The notes: generated from the sequence alone by a model not told the origin. Positions 18,651 to 28,888 are shown, numbered from the stretch's first letter. The stretch is 64,000 nucleotides of DNA from Saprospiraceae bacterium (GCA_044227925.1 JBGAVW010000008.1:1236-65235), one strand, 5' to 3'. A program made the numbers and translations.

Positions 18651-19856
18651 TTACCGGGTAATGATTAGTCTTTCGATGGCATGCGCAATATCTTTGGCTA
18701 CCAGCTCTTTCGATTTTAACTCAAATTTGATTGATTTATTGTCTTTAAAATAAAATGTTGTTTTATTAGTATCATAGCCAAAACCTGCTCCCGGATCTGT
18801 AAGCGAGTTGAGTACTACCATATCAAAATTTTTCTTTTCCATTTTTTCCTTAGCATATTCTTCTCCTGTGGTGCTTTCAAGCGCAAAACCAATATGCAAT
18901 TGATCGGATCTCTTTGTTTTTCCTAATTCATAAGCAATATCAGGATTCTTAATGAGTTTTAGCTCCAACACATCATTCAGCTTTTTAATTTTATCTTTCG
19001 CAAGATGGGCTGGCCTATAGTCTGCAACAGCTGCGGAAAAAATGATGATATCTGATTTAGGGTGATTTTCTTTTGTTGCAGCCAACATTTGCTCAGCGGA
19101 TCTTACTCCAATACATTTTATATCGGGATTGGTCGGAGACAGATGTGTGGGGCCTAGTATTAAGGTAACATCACAACCTAAATTTGCCATAGTTTCAGCA
19201 ATGGATATTCCCATTTTGCCAGTACTGGCATTTCCTACAAATCTAACTGGATCTATATTTTCGTAGGTAGGACCTGCAGTGATCAATACTCTCTTACTTT
19301 TCAATGGGGAAGTGATGGTATTGCTTTCTTCTAAAAAATTAACTATATCATCAGGCTCTGCCATGCGCCCTTTACCGGAAAGCCCACTAGCAAGATAGCC
19401 ATCACCAACGGGGATCACTTTGGCACCTCTTGATTTTACTATTTCAATATTAGCCTGGGTAGCTTTATGGTGCCACATATCCACATCCATAGAAGGAGCA
19501 ATATACACCGGGCATCTTGAAGCAAGGTAGGTAGCAGAAACTATGTCATCTGCTAACCCGTGGGCTAATTTGGCAATTGTATTCGCCGAAGCAGGAGCTA
19601 TGATATATAAATCGGCCCACAGACTGATCTCTACATGATTATTCCAACTATGATTGCTTATCAAATCAGAATATACCGGGCTATGCGTTATGGCTTCAAA
19701 ACTGAGAGGGGTAATAAACTTTGTAGCTGCAGCAGTCATTATAACCTTTACTTCTGATTCTTGTTTCTGCAAAGCTCTCAATAGTAGAATGGCTTTGTAT
19801 GCGGCGATACTTCCACAGACACCGAGCAATATTTTTTTACCTTTCAGAGCCGACAT
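18651..19856 (-). CDS. coaBC: Bifunctional phosphopantothenoylcysteine decarboxylase / phosphopantothenate-cysteine ligase
   Basis: 401 aa. N-terminal flavoprotein 'ILLGVCGSIAAYK' and C-terminal 'ITAGPTYENIDPVRFVGNASTGKMG'. Confidence 0.9.
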   Translation of the reverse strand: MSALKGKKILLGVCGSIAAYKAILLLRALQKQESEVKVIMTAAATKFITPLSFEAITHSPVYSDLISNHSWNNHVEISLWADLYIIAPASANTIAKLAHGLADDIVSATYLASRCPVYIAPSMDVDMWHHKATQANIEIVKSRGAKVIPVGDGYLASGLSGKGRMAEPDDIVNFLEESNTITSPLKSKRVLITAGPTYENIDPVRFVGNASTGKMGISIAETMANLGCDVTLILGPTHLSPTNPDIKCIGVRSAEQMLAATKENHPKSDIIIFSAAVADYRPAHLAKDKIKKLNDVLELKLIKNPDIAYELGKTKRSDQLHIGFALESTTGEEYAKEKMEKKNFDMVVLNSLTDPGAGFGYDTNKTTFYFKDNKSIKFELKSKELVAKDIAHAIERLIITR

Positions 19857-19876
19857 AAGGCCTTCTAAAGCAATAA

Positions 19877-20254
19877 TTATGCCTTGTTAGGCCCCTCGGG
19901 GAGTGCTATTGGTAATTCTTCGTGAACAGGCACTTCTGCAAACCTGTATTTAAGGTTCTTGGATAAGAATTCCTCGGTTGCCAGGATGGCTGGATTTGGC
20001 ATTTTTTCATAGAACTTAGAGATTTCTATTTGTTCTTTGTTTTCATGCACTTCTTCTATCGTATCTGAGTTGATTGCAAACTCTTCCAGTTTAAAATGGA
20101 GTTCTTTTTTAATATCCATATTTAATTGATTGGCTCGCCTTGAAATTACAGACACAGTTTCATACAAATTGCCTGTAGCGCTTGCCATAGTTTTGATATC
20201 TCGTGCTTTTACATTAGGATCCACTCCCTGCACTTTGTTTTTGATGTCCGACAT
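19877..20254 (-). CDS. rpoZ: DNA-directed RNA polymerase subunit omega
   Basis: 125 aa. 'TGNLYETVSVISRRANQL' fits the omega core motif. It sits between bamD and coaBC. Confidence 0.6.
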   Translation of the reverse strand: MSDIKNKVQGVDPNVKARDIKTMASATGNLYETVSVISRRANQLNMDIKKELHFKLEEFAINSDTIEEVHENKEQIEISKFYEKMPNPAILATEEFLSKNLKYRFAEVPVHEELPIALPEGPNKA

Positions 20255-21056
20255 TCTTTATTTGATTTATTTTACTTTTAGAAATTTGAATATAATCTTT
20301 CACTATACCTGAGTCTTTACTCCGGGGAAATTTTTGATTAAACAATTGGGAATAAGAAATACAACTCGCGTACCGTTCTTCCTTTTTTTCAAATACACTG
20401 CGCTCAGCATATAAAAAGGCGGATTTGCAAATAAGAAAACGAATGCGTTCAGCATCCCTTGTATCCGGATACTCCTTTAATACATTTTCAAATGTAGTAA
20501 TTGCCGATTGGTATTGCCCCATATTAAAATATTGTTCACCTTGGGCAAAGGCTTTCTCTTCCAGTTTTTTTCTAAGGTTGAGCAGTAGTTTCTGACATTC
20601 TTTTGCTCTCTCACTAGTAGGGTATGTATTTACAAAAGTTTGCAAGGCATCATTTGCTTCAAGGGATGGTTGCTGATCCAGCCTGAAATTCGGTGATTGG
20701 AGATACAGTGAATAGGCATGCATATATTCCATTTCCTCTTTAAAAGGGGAATACACAAATGTATTAGCAAAATTTTTAAAAGCGGAGGCGGCGGCTGAAT
20801 AATCTTTTTGGTGGTAATACGTATAAGCGAACATGTAATTTAGCTGCTCAAATTCTTTTTTACCACGGAAACTACTTACAATAGACTCAAATAAGGTCTG
20901 TGTTTTTGAATATTCACCTTTTTCGAAATACTCCACAGCACTTTTGTACATACTGTCAGGATCATTACTGGTCCGGATCTTTTCAAACTCACTTTTACAT
21001 GAATAAAGACCGAATAGTGACACAAAAAGAAAAATAATATACCTGGAACGGATCAT
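20214..21056 (-). CDS. bamD: Outer membrane protein assembly factor BamD (TPR lipoprotein)
   Basis: Lipoprotein signal '...SLFGLYSC' and TPR-like repeats with many Y/F...A..A.F pairs. Located upstream of rpoZ. Confidence 0.7.
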   Translation of the reverse strand: MIRSRYIIFLFVSLFGLYSCKSEFEKIRTSNDPDSMYKSAVEYFEKGEYSKTQTLFESIVSSFRGKKEFEQLNYMFAYTYYHQKDYSAAASAFKNFANTFVYSPFKEEMEYMHAYSLYLQSPNFRLDQQPSLEANDALQTFVNTYPTSERAKECQKLLLNLRKKLEEKAFAQGEQYFNMGQYQSAITTFENVLKEYPDTRDAERIRFLICKSAFLYAERSVFEKKEERYASCISYSQLFNQKFPRSKDSGIVKDYIQISKSKINQIKNVGHQKQSAGSGS

Positions 21057-21206
21057 CAGCGCTGCAAATTTACAATTTTTATTGAGAATACAACGTAATT
21101 TTTCCTACTTAGTGGCCTGAAATTCTGTGTTTTAGCATAATAATAACATGCTTAATTAATTCTAATAAAGGATTCCTTATACAACATTTTAAAAAAAGGA
21201 GATTGT

Positions 21207-23552
21207 TTACCGGGTGAATCGCTTTATTTTTTGCAATATCACTTTTCTGAATTCCACTTCGGAGCCTTCGGCCTGCAGGGCTATCTGTCCTTCCTCTACT
21301 GTGGCATTGAACCCATGATTGACCAGTTCACCGTTGAGCCATACTTTGACCTCCCTTCCAATGCATTCGATGTGAATATGATTCCACTCCCCTACTGGTT
21401 TTTCTGAATTATCTGTGAGATTGATTATCCGGCGTTGTTTATTCCCATCCACTCCCCAATTTTCTTTGGGTCCGCGTCTTTTTTCCATTTCAGGAACTTC
21501 AATATTTTCCCCAATACACCAAAAATCACCTGCATTAGAATGCATTAACTGTACTTCTATGCTTTGGGGAAACATTTCATACAATCGTCTGGGTTTGGAA
21601 GCATGTACCAGTATACCACAGTTACCGGGTTTTGCAGCAAATCGATATTCTATATCGAGCCTATAATTTGAATATATCGCATCTGTGATTATATGCCCAC
21701 CGGGGTTATCCAGGCTTACCAATTTACCCTCTCTAACCAAAAAGGGACTTTTCCCATTCGGCTGACTATCTAATGCCGGCACATCAATATGCCAACCATC
21801 CAGATTTATTCCATTAAACAACGGGATTGATGATAAAGTCGAGTCTTGTGAATTTAATTCTTTCGACCCATAAATACTCACTTCTTTGGATGAAGTATGT
21901 AGAATTTTAAGAACTCCTCCTGATGGATGAGGTGTCCAGGCATATCCCTCTTCCGACAGGTTTGATCTTTCTATAATTGATTTTTTCCCAACCAGTATTT
22001 TAGTGGGTTTTTCTACTAATCTGATCGTTTCGGTAGAAGGAATGTCAAAACTTCTGTAATTAATCATTATTGATTGTAATTCTTCTTTGGATACAGAATT
22101 ACTTAAACGTTTATTTTGATCCAGTCCATAATCAGCCTGACCAACTATGCTGCTACTGTGTACAATATGATTTTCATGAGAAGGAGCCAACTCAGGCATG
22201 TAAGACATCGCACGCAAATAATGTCTGATGTAATCGCCGTACCCATCGGTGAGCCATACTTCATCCCTGGGATAATTATTTTTACCATCTCCATCAACCA
22301 TATAGGTAGCCCAATTGAGCATACGAATAGCATTTTCGACATACGACTTATCACCACTCAGCATTGAATATTGCAATTCTGCAGCGGCTTGCCTGGCGCT
22401 GTGACTATTGCCGGGGGTTTGATAAGCAGTCTGTTCATTGATCACGGTGACACCATATTTTTCCCACTGCTTATTACCTAATGTTTGATATACCCAGCTA
22501 AAAATATTTTTTACTTCCGATTTCCAATTTGGAAAAAGACCGGGGTGGTCCATAACGTATTTCGCAAAAGTCACGGCATTGATCTGAGTATCCGACCACC
22601 CTGGAATATCTTCAAAAAACGGCCCCCATTTATTATTTTTCATGGGATAGTTTTTCATCCAGTTTATAATCAGTGAGTGCGCCCTTTGATATGCAATACT
22701 ATTCCCTTTTTTCATTTGTATCAATTCTTCAAACAATTCTAATGTACCTACCCAATTGGTCGTATAGGTTGAACCGACCCATTTTATTCCGTCCTTGTTA
22801 ACTTCCTTTAACTTCCCGATTTCGCCAGTAATAGCATTTACTTTAAAGGGCATTGGTGAATTTTGCGCGGTACCGGATTGTGTATTTTTCGCCAGCGTAT
22901 TAGCGATTTGAATAGCCGCTTCCAAATATATTGATTCCGTTGTATGCGGAAATTGATATTGACTGATGATCTTATAAAGGTGAATCAATTCAATACCAAA
23001 TGATCCTGCTTTGTCAGGCTGAGTAAAGTTTTTACCTATTACCATATCGCCATCATAATACCCGGAGTAGGTAAGTGAATTATACGGATAAGGGATATGA
23101 GGCCATTTGGCGCTTGCCGGTGACAATCCATGTGTCAAATAATAGTCAGCTATGAATTTCATATTTTCTTTTACTCTTTCATCACCGGTATATTGATATA
23201 ATAAAGTCCAGGAAGACAATGCCATAGCCAACTGGTCACCGCCAATACCCCTTGGGTCATTCTGAGGACGCCATACCTGGTGATTCATATAATAGGGTAA
23301 TCCGTTCAGGTCCATACGCATGGTATGCCAAAACTCCCACACGGATCTGATGGCATGATTGAAAGACCTTCCCAGATCCGGAGAAAACCAGGGAAGAATA
23401 TTTCCCTTTGCGTCTGTCTGAATGGGATGGAATACCAAAAAACCTTCCTTTGTTTGGTCATACCGGGGTACAGATTGGGTCTGGGAAAATAGAGTTAGCG
23501 TAGTAAGAGCCAAAAGGTATCCTATTAATTTTATCTTTAAAAAATCTGCCAT
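21207..23552 (-). CDS. Secreted two-domain protein: unknown ~560-aa N-terminal region plus a C-terminal DUF1080 (3-keto-disaccharide hydrolase-like) domain
   Basis: Signal peptide. The C-terminal 'FNGINLDGWH...YSNYRLDIEYRF...NCGILVH...EVQLMH...WNHIHIECIGREVKVWLNGELV...GQIALQAEGSEVEFRKV' matches the DUF1080 pattern. Confidence 0.7.
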   Translation of the reverse strand: MADFLKIKLIGYLLALTTLTLFSQTQSVPRYDQTKEGFLVFHPIQTDAKGNILPWFSPDLGRSFNHAIRSVWEFWHTMRMDLNGLPYYMNHQVWRPQNDPRGIGGDQLAMALSSWTLLYQYTGDERVKENMKFIADYYLTHGLSPASAKWPHIPYPYNSLTYSGYYDGDMVIGKNFTQPDKAGSFGIELIHLYKIISQYQFPHTTESIYLEAAIQIANTLAKNTQSGTAQNSPMPFKVNAITGEIGKLKEVNKDGIKWVGSTYTTNWVGTLELFEELIQMKKGNSIAYQRAHSLIINWMKNYPMKNNKWGPFFEDIPGWSDTQINAVTFAKYVMDHPGLFPNWKSEVKNIFSWVYQTLGNKQWEKYGVTVINEQTAYQTPGNSHSARQAAAELQYSMLSGDKSYVENAIRMLNWATYMVDGDGKNNYPRDEVWLTDGYGDYIRHYLRAMSYMPELAPSHENHIVHSSSIVGQADYGLDQNKRLSNSVSKEELQSIMINYRSFDIPSTETIRLVEKPTKILVGKKSIIERSNLSEEGYAWTPHPSGGVLKILHTSSKEVSIYGSKELNSQDSTLSSIPLFNGINLDGWHIDVPALDSQPNGKSPFLVREGKLVSLDNPGGHIITDAIYSNYRLDIEYRFAAKPGNCGILVHASKPRRLYEMFPQSIEVQLMHSNAGDFWCIGENIEVPEMEKRRGPKENWGVDGNKQRRIINLTDNSEKPVGEWNHIHIECIGREVKVWLNGELVNHGFNATVEEGQIALQAEGSEVEFRKVILQKIKRFTR

Positions 23553-23702
23553 ACTATAAAAATAAGTAATTATCTTTCAAAGCGGTAAGGACTAAAGATT
23601 AGAATATCGGGCTGATTATAATCAGTTCGGTCATTGATTTTCATTTTTCCATGCTGTGACCTGCTTGAATAAATTTGAATCGAAATAATAAATCAAAGAC
23701 CT

Positions 23703-24113
23703 ATGAATGTAAAAGATCCGGTTTCCTCTATAATGAATTCAAAGCTGATCACTATTTCAGAAGATGCTGACCTGGAAAAAATAAAAGAGTTGTTTAATAG
23801 TTACAACATCAGTCATCTTCCGGTAGTTGATTATAAAAAATTAAAAGGCCTTATCAGCTTGTCGGAAGTCTCTTTCCTGATTAATCCTTCGAGGTTTGAG
23901 TTGGAAAGTATTGAAGCAGCAATAATGGAAACCGGGTGGATAAAAGCTAAAAATCTAATGCGTACCCGGCTGGCAAAACTGGAGCTTGATGATAAAATTG
24001 AGGTAGCAATAGATATTTTTTTAAACAATCATTTTCATTGTTTACCGATCGTATCAGGTGAAGAGCTCGTAGGTATTGTCACACCGAATGATATTTTGCG
24101 GGGATTGGTTTAA
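23703..24113 (+). CDS. CBS domain pair protein
   Basis: 136 aa with two CBS-like repeats ('ISHLPVVD' and 'FHCLPIVSGEELVGIVTPNDILRGL'). Confidence 0.8.
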   Translation: MNVKDPVSSIMNSKLITISEDADLEKIKELFNSYNISHLPVVDYKKLKGLISLSEVSFLINPSRFELESIEAAIMETGWIKAKNLMRTRLAKLELDDKIEVAIDIFLNNHFHCLPIVSGEELVGIVTPNDILRGLV

Positions 24114-24403
24114 TCAACATGATCACATCATTCTATTCGAAAAAATTACCTGTAAAGAATTATAATAAAATTTAAATTAATCATACAACCCACCTTATTG
24201 TTATTCTCCATTTTTACTCTAAGAAATTAAAATATTACTATCTAAATCCAAAAATAATGGGTTTTTAATTGGAGACCAGTTACTTTGATTTCCGAATCAT
24301 TTATCATCTCTTATTTGGAAGTAAAAAATAATAAATACGATTTACAAATAATAAATGGGTATCTTTACAATTATCTGATAACGATCAGTGTAAATAAAAC
24401 ATA

Positions 24404-24559
24404 ATGACTAAAGGAAAAGGCAATAAAAAGAAAAAAGGTACTGACACAGGGAAAACTGTCTCTGATTATCAATCAACCAATAAAAACAACAAAAACAAAT
24501 CTGCCATAGCTGCCTTCAGTCCTTCAATTCCAGCCGGCTCAGTACGTAGTAAAAAATAA
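24404..24559 (+). CDS. Possible small Lys/Asn-rich protein (51 aa), below the ORF-track cutoff
   Basis: ATG at 24404 to TAA at 24557-24559, hand-translated as MTKGKGNKKKKGTDTGKTVSDYQSTNKNNKNKSAIAAFSPSIPAGSVRSKK. It ends 15 nt before the next gene. Low complexity, so coding status is uncertain. Confidence 0.3.
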   Translation: MTKGKGNKKKKGTDTGKTVSDYQSTNKNNKNKSAIAAFSPSIPAGSVRSKK

Positions 24560-24574
24560 TCAAAACAATACCCA

Positions 24575-24931
24575 ATGGCAATCCGTAAAAAAATTGGAGT
24601 ATGGATGAATCATACTCATGCGCATATCAAAGCCTATACCAATATGTATTTGGACAAAGCAGAATCAACCGATAGAGAGCACAAACATATGGGTGAAAGC
24701 AATATGCATCATAATGAAACTAAAGAGCAATCCGAATTTTACAATCTTATAGGAAAGGAAATCCTGGACTACAATGATATACTAATATTTGGCCCTAATG
24801 ATGCAAAAACAGAACTATACAATCACCTCAAAGCCGATTCGAAGTTTGAAGATGTCAATATTGAATTGAAAAACGCAGGCAAACTTTCAGATGTACAGGA
24901 AAGAGCTGTAATTAAAGCCCATTTCAAATAA
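24575..24931 (+). CDS. Small His-rich hypothetical protein, possibly of the eRF1/Pelota-like 'translational machinery protein' type
   Basis: 118 aa. N-terminal 'IGVWMNHTHAHIKAY' and central 'FY..IGKEIL.YNDILIFGPNDAKTELYNHL' resemble, from memory, small host-attachment / baeRF-related proteins. Confidence 0.35.
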   Translation: MAIRKKIGVWMNHTHAHIKAYTNMYLDKAESTDREHKHMGESNMHHNETKEQSEFYNLIGKEILDYNDILIFGPNDAKTELYNHLKADSKFEDVNIELKNAGKLSDVQERAVIKAHFK

Positions 24932-24979
24932 ACAACCGTCTATAATCAAACAACGTTATTTTCAACTTTAATTTACGAT

Positions 24980-25165
24980 ATGGAGCCGCAAACAATAAAA
25001 ATGACCTGGGAAGAGCAAAAAGTAAAATTAAAATTAAAGTTTACTGAATTGGAAGATCATGACTTTAAGTTCGACATGGGTAAAAAAGGATTAATGTATA
25101 CTAAATTGCAGGCAAAGTTGGGTATGAGCAGAGATGAATTGCACAAAATGATTGCCGCTTTATAG
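24980..25165 (+). CDS. Small CsbD/YjbJ-like stress protein (distant)
   Basis: 61 aa. The pattern W..QK.KLK.KF..L.D.D.....GK...L..KLQ...G.S.DE....I parallels the CsbD/YjbJ N-terminal half. Confidence 0.4.
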   Translation: MEPQTIKMTWEEQKVKLKLKFTELEDHDFKFDMGKKGLMYTKLQAKLGMSRDELHKMIAAL

Positions 25166-25208
25166 TCATATCAAGTTTCGCTGAACTAAATAACTTATGT
25201 TATGGCAT

Positions 25209-26711
25209 TTAGCTTATATATTTTACCAGTCCATCAGCAATCATCCTGTCATTCCTTAGATGTGGTACTTTATTCTGACCACCTAACTTCCCTATATCAC
25301 GCATAAAATTTCTGAATGCATCTTGCTGCAGGCAATTTAATTTAAGTGGCTTTAGAATATGACCGGATATCAAATCTTTGTAATAAATATTTTGATTGGT
25401 CATGGCCAAATCCAGGTCTGCTGCAAAGGATTCCAGATCTTCAGGGGCTTGTAAAAACTCCACAAACCACTCGTGATAAGGTTTTCCGGATTGTTCAGGG
25501 TTTACCTGCGGGGCCACAGTATATTCAGACACGGTAGAAGCATGCCTGGCACATGTGGCTAATAATGCCGATTCAATTTCTTTCTCGATCACATGCTCAC
25601 CAAATGCTGAGATAAATTGACTAACCCTGCCATTAATTACAAATAAATAAGGAGACAGTGATATAAATTCAATAGTATCTCCGATATTATAACACCACAT
25701 ACCTGCATTGGTGCTCAACAATACTGCATAAGTCTCCCCTGTTTTTACTTCAGCCAGACCAAGTCTTCTTGGCTTATCTTTTTTCAATTCGTCCAAGGTT
25801 ACAAATTCAAAAAATATACCCGCATTCGTATTTAAAATCAAAGCAGGACTACCCGGAGTATACTGAAATCCAATGAATCCCTCCGATGCAGGATAGGTAT
25901 CTACCCGGGGCATGTCTTCACCAAATAGTCTGTCGTAATGTATTTTATATGGAGCAAAATTGACTCCACCACTCACCAGCATTTTAAGATTTGGAAATAC
26001 TTCCTTGATGTTTTTTTTCCCTGTACGGTCCAATATTTTTTCGGCAAACATCTGCACCCAGGGTGGTATACCTGAAATCAACCTCAGATCCTGCCCAATG
26101 CATTCTTCTATTATTTTTTCTACTTTAGTATCCCAATCTTCTAAACAATTAGTTTTAAAACTGGGCAGTTGACTTCGCTTGAACAAGGAAGGTATATGAA
26201 GGTTTACCAACCCGGACAATCTACCGGTCGGTATACCGCCAACCACCGAGGTTTCAGGACTTCCGGATAAAAAAATGAGCTTGCCATCGAGATAGCTAAA
26301 ATCATTAATCAAGGCCGCATAGTTAAAGACAGCATTGCGAGCGCTTGAAAAATGATACGGCATACTCTCTTTACTTATTGGTATGTATTTCACTCCTGAA
26401 GTAGTACCTGATGTTTTTGCAAAATACAACGGTTTGCCGGGCCAGATAATATCTACCTTACCTTCTTTTATCTCCTGTATATAATGCTTAAACTCTTCGT
26501 AATCACGAATCGGCACAAATTTTTGAAAATCTGCAAAAGAATGAATTTGATTAAAATGATGATCTACTCCAAACTTTGTATTCTTTGCAGAATGAATTAA
26601 CTTATGAAATAGTATTTCCTGGTCAGACAGTGCATTGTTAGCCATTTTTTTAACCTGTCCGGAAATGTATTTACCTACTGGTTTTGCAAGAATAGAGACA
26701 ATGCCTGTCAT
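25209..26711 (-). CDS. GH3 auxin-responsive-promoter family (acyl-adenylate-forming) protein
   Basis: 500 aa. 'F..FQKFVPIRDYEEFKHYI', 'YFAKTSGTTSGVKYIPISKES' and 'YNIGD' are GH3-family features. Confidence 0.75.
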   Translation of the reverse strand: MTGIVSILAKPVGKYISGQVKKMANNALSDQEILFHKLIHSAKNTKFGVDHHFNQIHSFADFQKFVPIRDYEEFKHYIQEIKEGKVDIIWPGKPLYFAKTSGTTSGVKYIPISKESMPYHFSSARNAVFNYAALINDFSYLDGKLIFLSGSPETSVVGGIPTGRLSGLVNLHIPSLFKRSQLPSFKTNCLEDWDTKVEKIIEECIGQDLRLISGIPPWVQMFAEKILDRTGKKNIKEVFPNLKMLVSGGVNFAPYKIHYDRLFGEDMPRVDTYPASEGFIGFQYTPGSPALILNTNAGIFFEFVTLDELKKDKPRRLGLAEVKTGETYAVLLSTNAGMWCYNIGDTIEFISLSPYLFVINGRVSQFISAFGEHVIEKEIESALLATCARHASTVSEYTVAPQVNPEQSGKPYHEWFVEFLQAPEDLESFAADLDLAMTNQNIYYKDLISGHILKPLKLNCLQQDAFRNFMRDIGKLGGQNKVPHLRNDRMIADGLVKYIS

Positions 26712-26723
26712 TGTTTAAATATT

Positions 26724-28655
26724 TTATGCTGTCTGTGCCTCAATCAATTCCCTGGTATTCTTCACAAAATCATCCAATAATACCGATCCCTGATCCCCTT
26801 TTCCATGTTCTCTGACTGAAACTTTATTTTCAGTACTTTCTTTTTCTCCTATAATGAGCATGATAGGGATCTTTTGAGTTTCTGCATCTCTTATTTTCCT
26901 GCCTATCTTTTCACTGCGCTCATCAATATGGGCTCTGATATCTGCCTGAAGTAAAACAGCGCACACCTCTTTTGCATAGTCATTGTATTTATCAGATATT
27001 GGCAGCACGATCACCTGTTTTGGAGATAACCAAAGGGGAAAATTACCGGCATAATGTTCGATTAAAAATCCAATAAACCGTTCATGGGTGCCCAGTGGGG
27101 CACGATGGATGCATATTGGGGTCTTCATGGTATTATCACTATCACGGTAAGTAAGACCAAATCTTGCAGGCACTGCAAAATCCACCTGATTGGTAGCTAA
27201 AGTAAATTCCCTTCCGATGGCGGACCAAACCTGCACATCTATTTTGGGGCCATAAAATGCACCTTCGTCAGGAACTTCTACATACGGAATGTTGGATTCA
27301 ATCAATACTTTTCGGACCATATCCTCTGTTTTAAGCCAAAGATCCGGTTGGTCTACATATTTTTTTCCGAGTTTTTCAACACTATGTGTACTGAACCTCA
27401 TCACATACTTTTCTATTCCAAAAATTTTGAAATACTTCAGATACATATCATTTACCGCTCTGAATTCAGCAGCAAACTGCTCTTCCGTACAATAGATATG
27501 AGCATCATTCATATTAAGTGATCGAACTCGCATAAGTCCGAATAACTCCCCGGATTGTTCATATCTATAACAGGTGCCATATTCGGCCAATCGGATAGGC
27601 AGGTCACGATAGCTTGCGTTAAGACTGCCAAAAATTTTATGATGGTGTGGGCAGTTCATGGCTTTCAGGTAATACTTTTCTCCATCCATTTCCATGGGGG
27701 GAAACATACTCTCTGCATAATAAGGCAAATGTCCACTAGTGAGATACATGCTCTCTTTTGCCAGATGCGGTGTTTTAACACGTTTATATCCAGCTTTCAG
27801 TTCTGTCTTCTTAGCTAGCTTTTCAAGCTCTTCAATTAGAATGGTCCCATTGGGTAACCAAAGTGCCAGACCAGGTCCGACATCATCATCAAAAATAAAT
27901 ATATCCAGTTCCTTACCCAGTTTTCTATGATCTCTTTTTTTTGCCTCTTCAATCATGGTCAGGTATTCTTCCAACTCTTTTTGTTTTGGAAAAGTAATAC
28001 CATATAATCTGGTCAATTGTTTATTTTTTTCGTCCCCTTTCCAGTAGGCTCCTGCTATAGCGGTAAGTTTTGCAGCTTTGATAAAACCTGTATTGGGAAT
28101 GTGGGGCCCCCGGCACAGATCCGTAAAATTACCTTGAGTATAAAAAGAGATCGTCCCATCTTCCAGGTTTTGAAGCAAATCCAATTTGTATTCATCTCCT
28201 TTTTCACTGAAAAACTGAATAGCTTCTTTTTTGGGCATTTCTTTCCTAATATAGGCGTTGTTTTTACGGGCCAACTCCAACATTTTTTCTTCTATTTTTT
28301 TAAAATCATCACTGGAAATCTGATGATCGCCCATGTCTACATCATAATAAAATCCATTATCTACAGGAGGACCTACCCAGAATTTAATACCAGGATAAAA
28401 ATGTTCCAGTGCCTCAGCCATAAGGTGAGCTGATGAATGCCACATCGTGCTCTTACCTTCTTTACTGTCCCAGGTCAACAATTCTATTTTAGAATCAATG
28501 GTAATCGGCCTTGAAAGGTCCTTTACCTCACCATTTACCTTGATTGCCAAAACATTACGTGCTAATCCTTCAGAAATTGATTTAGCAATTTCTATCCCTG
28601 TTGTGCCTGATTCATAAGAGCGAATGGCGCCATCCGGCAAAGTAATATTAATCAT
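26724..28655 (-). CDS. thrS: Threonine--tRNA ligase
   Basis: 643 aa. TGS N-terminus, editing-domain 'HSSAHLMAEA', class II core 'FGLMRVRSLNMNDAHIY' and an anticodon-binding C-terminus. Confidence 0.95.
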   Translation of the reverse strand: MINITLPDGAIRSYESGTTGIEIAKSISEGLARNVLAIKVNGEVKDLSRPITIDSKIELLTWDSKEGKSTMWHSSAHLMAEALEHFYPGIKFWVGPPVDNGFYYDVDMGDHQISSDDFKKIEEKMLELARKNNAYIRKEMPKKEAIQFFSEKGDEYKLDLLQNLEDGTISFYTQGNFTDLCRGPHIPNTGFIKAAKLTAIAGAYWKGDEKNKQLTRLYGITFPKQKELEEYLTMIEEAKKRDHRKLGKELDIFIFDDDVGPGLALWLPNGTILIEELEKLAKKTELKAGYKRVKTPHLAKESMYLTSGHLPYYAESMFPPMEMDGEKYYLKAMNCPHHHKIFGSLNASYRDLPIRLAEYGTCYRYEQSGELFGLMRVRSLNMNDAHIYCTEEQFAAEFRAVNDMYLKYFKIFGIEKYVMRFSTHSVEKLGKKYVDQPDLWLKTEDMVRKVLIESNIPYVEVPDEGAFYGPKIDVQVWSAIGREFTLATNQVDFAVPARFGLTYRDSDNTMKTPICIHRAPLGTHERFIGFLIEHYAGNFPLWLSPKQVIVLPISDKYNDYAKEVCAVLLQADIRAHIDERSEKIGRKIRDAETQKIPIMLIIGEKESTENKVSVREHGKGDQGSVLLDDFVKNTRELIEAQTA

Positions 28656-28888
28656 AATTTAGGGTACAAATGTAGGCATTTGTTTTGGGAAGATTCCGGA
28701 GATAAATATCAAAAAAATGACATGTAAATAATCAAACGCTTTATATTCAAGCGTCAAGTCTTACTACCATAGGAATATAACCGGCCATAAAAATGACTCA
28801 ATTTGAATTCTTAAAACATACCACAGCAATTAACTCAATAAAATGATTCTGCAGCCTCGACATTTACGTATTTTGAAATGTCCATGTT

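Noticed and set aside
20214-20254. A 41-nt overlap between the bamD stop and the rpoZ start.
   Set aside because: This is most simply a start-codon ambiguity: an internal Met (MASATGNLYE) could be the true rpoZ start. There is no slippery sequence or other recoding signal.
23612-23625. Perfect 14-bp palindrome CTGATTATAATCAG in the divergent region between the DUF1080 gene and the CBS gene.
   Set aside because: Several 7+7 palindromes are expected by chance in 64 kb of AT-rich DNA. It has no second copy and no adjacent regulator gene.
28666-28683. A 7-bp hairpin (acaaatg-tagg-catttgt) immediately upstream of the thrS start codon, considered as a tRNA-Thr anticodon-mimic operator like the E. 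coli one.
   Set aside because: The loop on the mRNA strand (CCUA) contains no Thr anticodon-like GU/UGU sequence. The stem is short and AU-rich.
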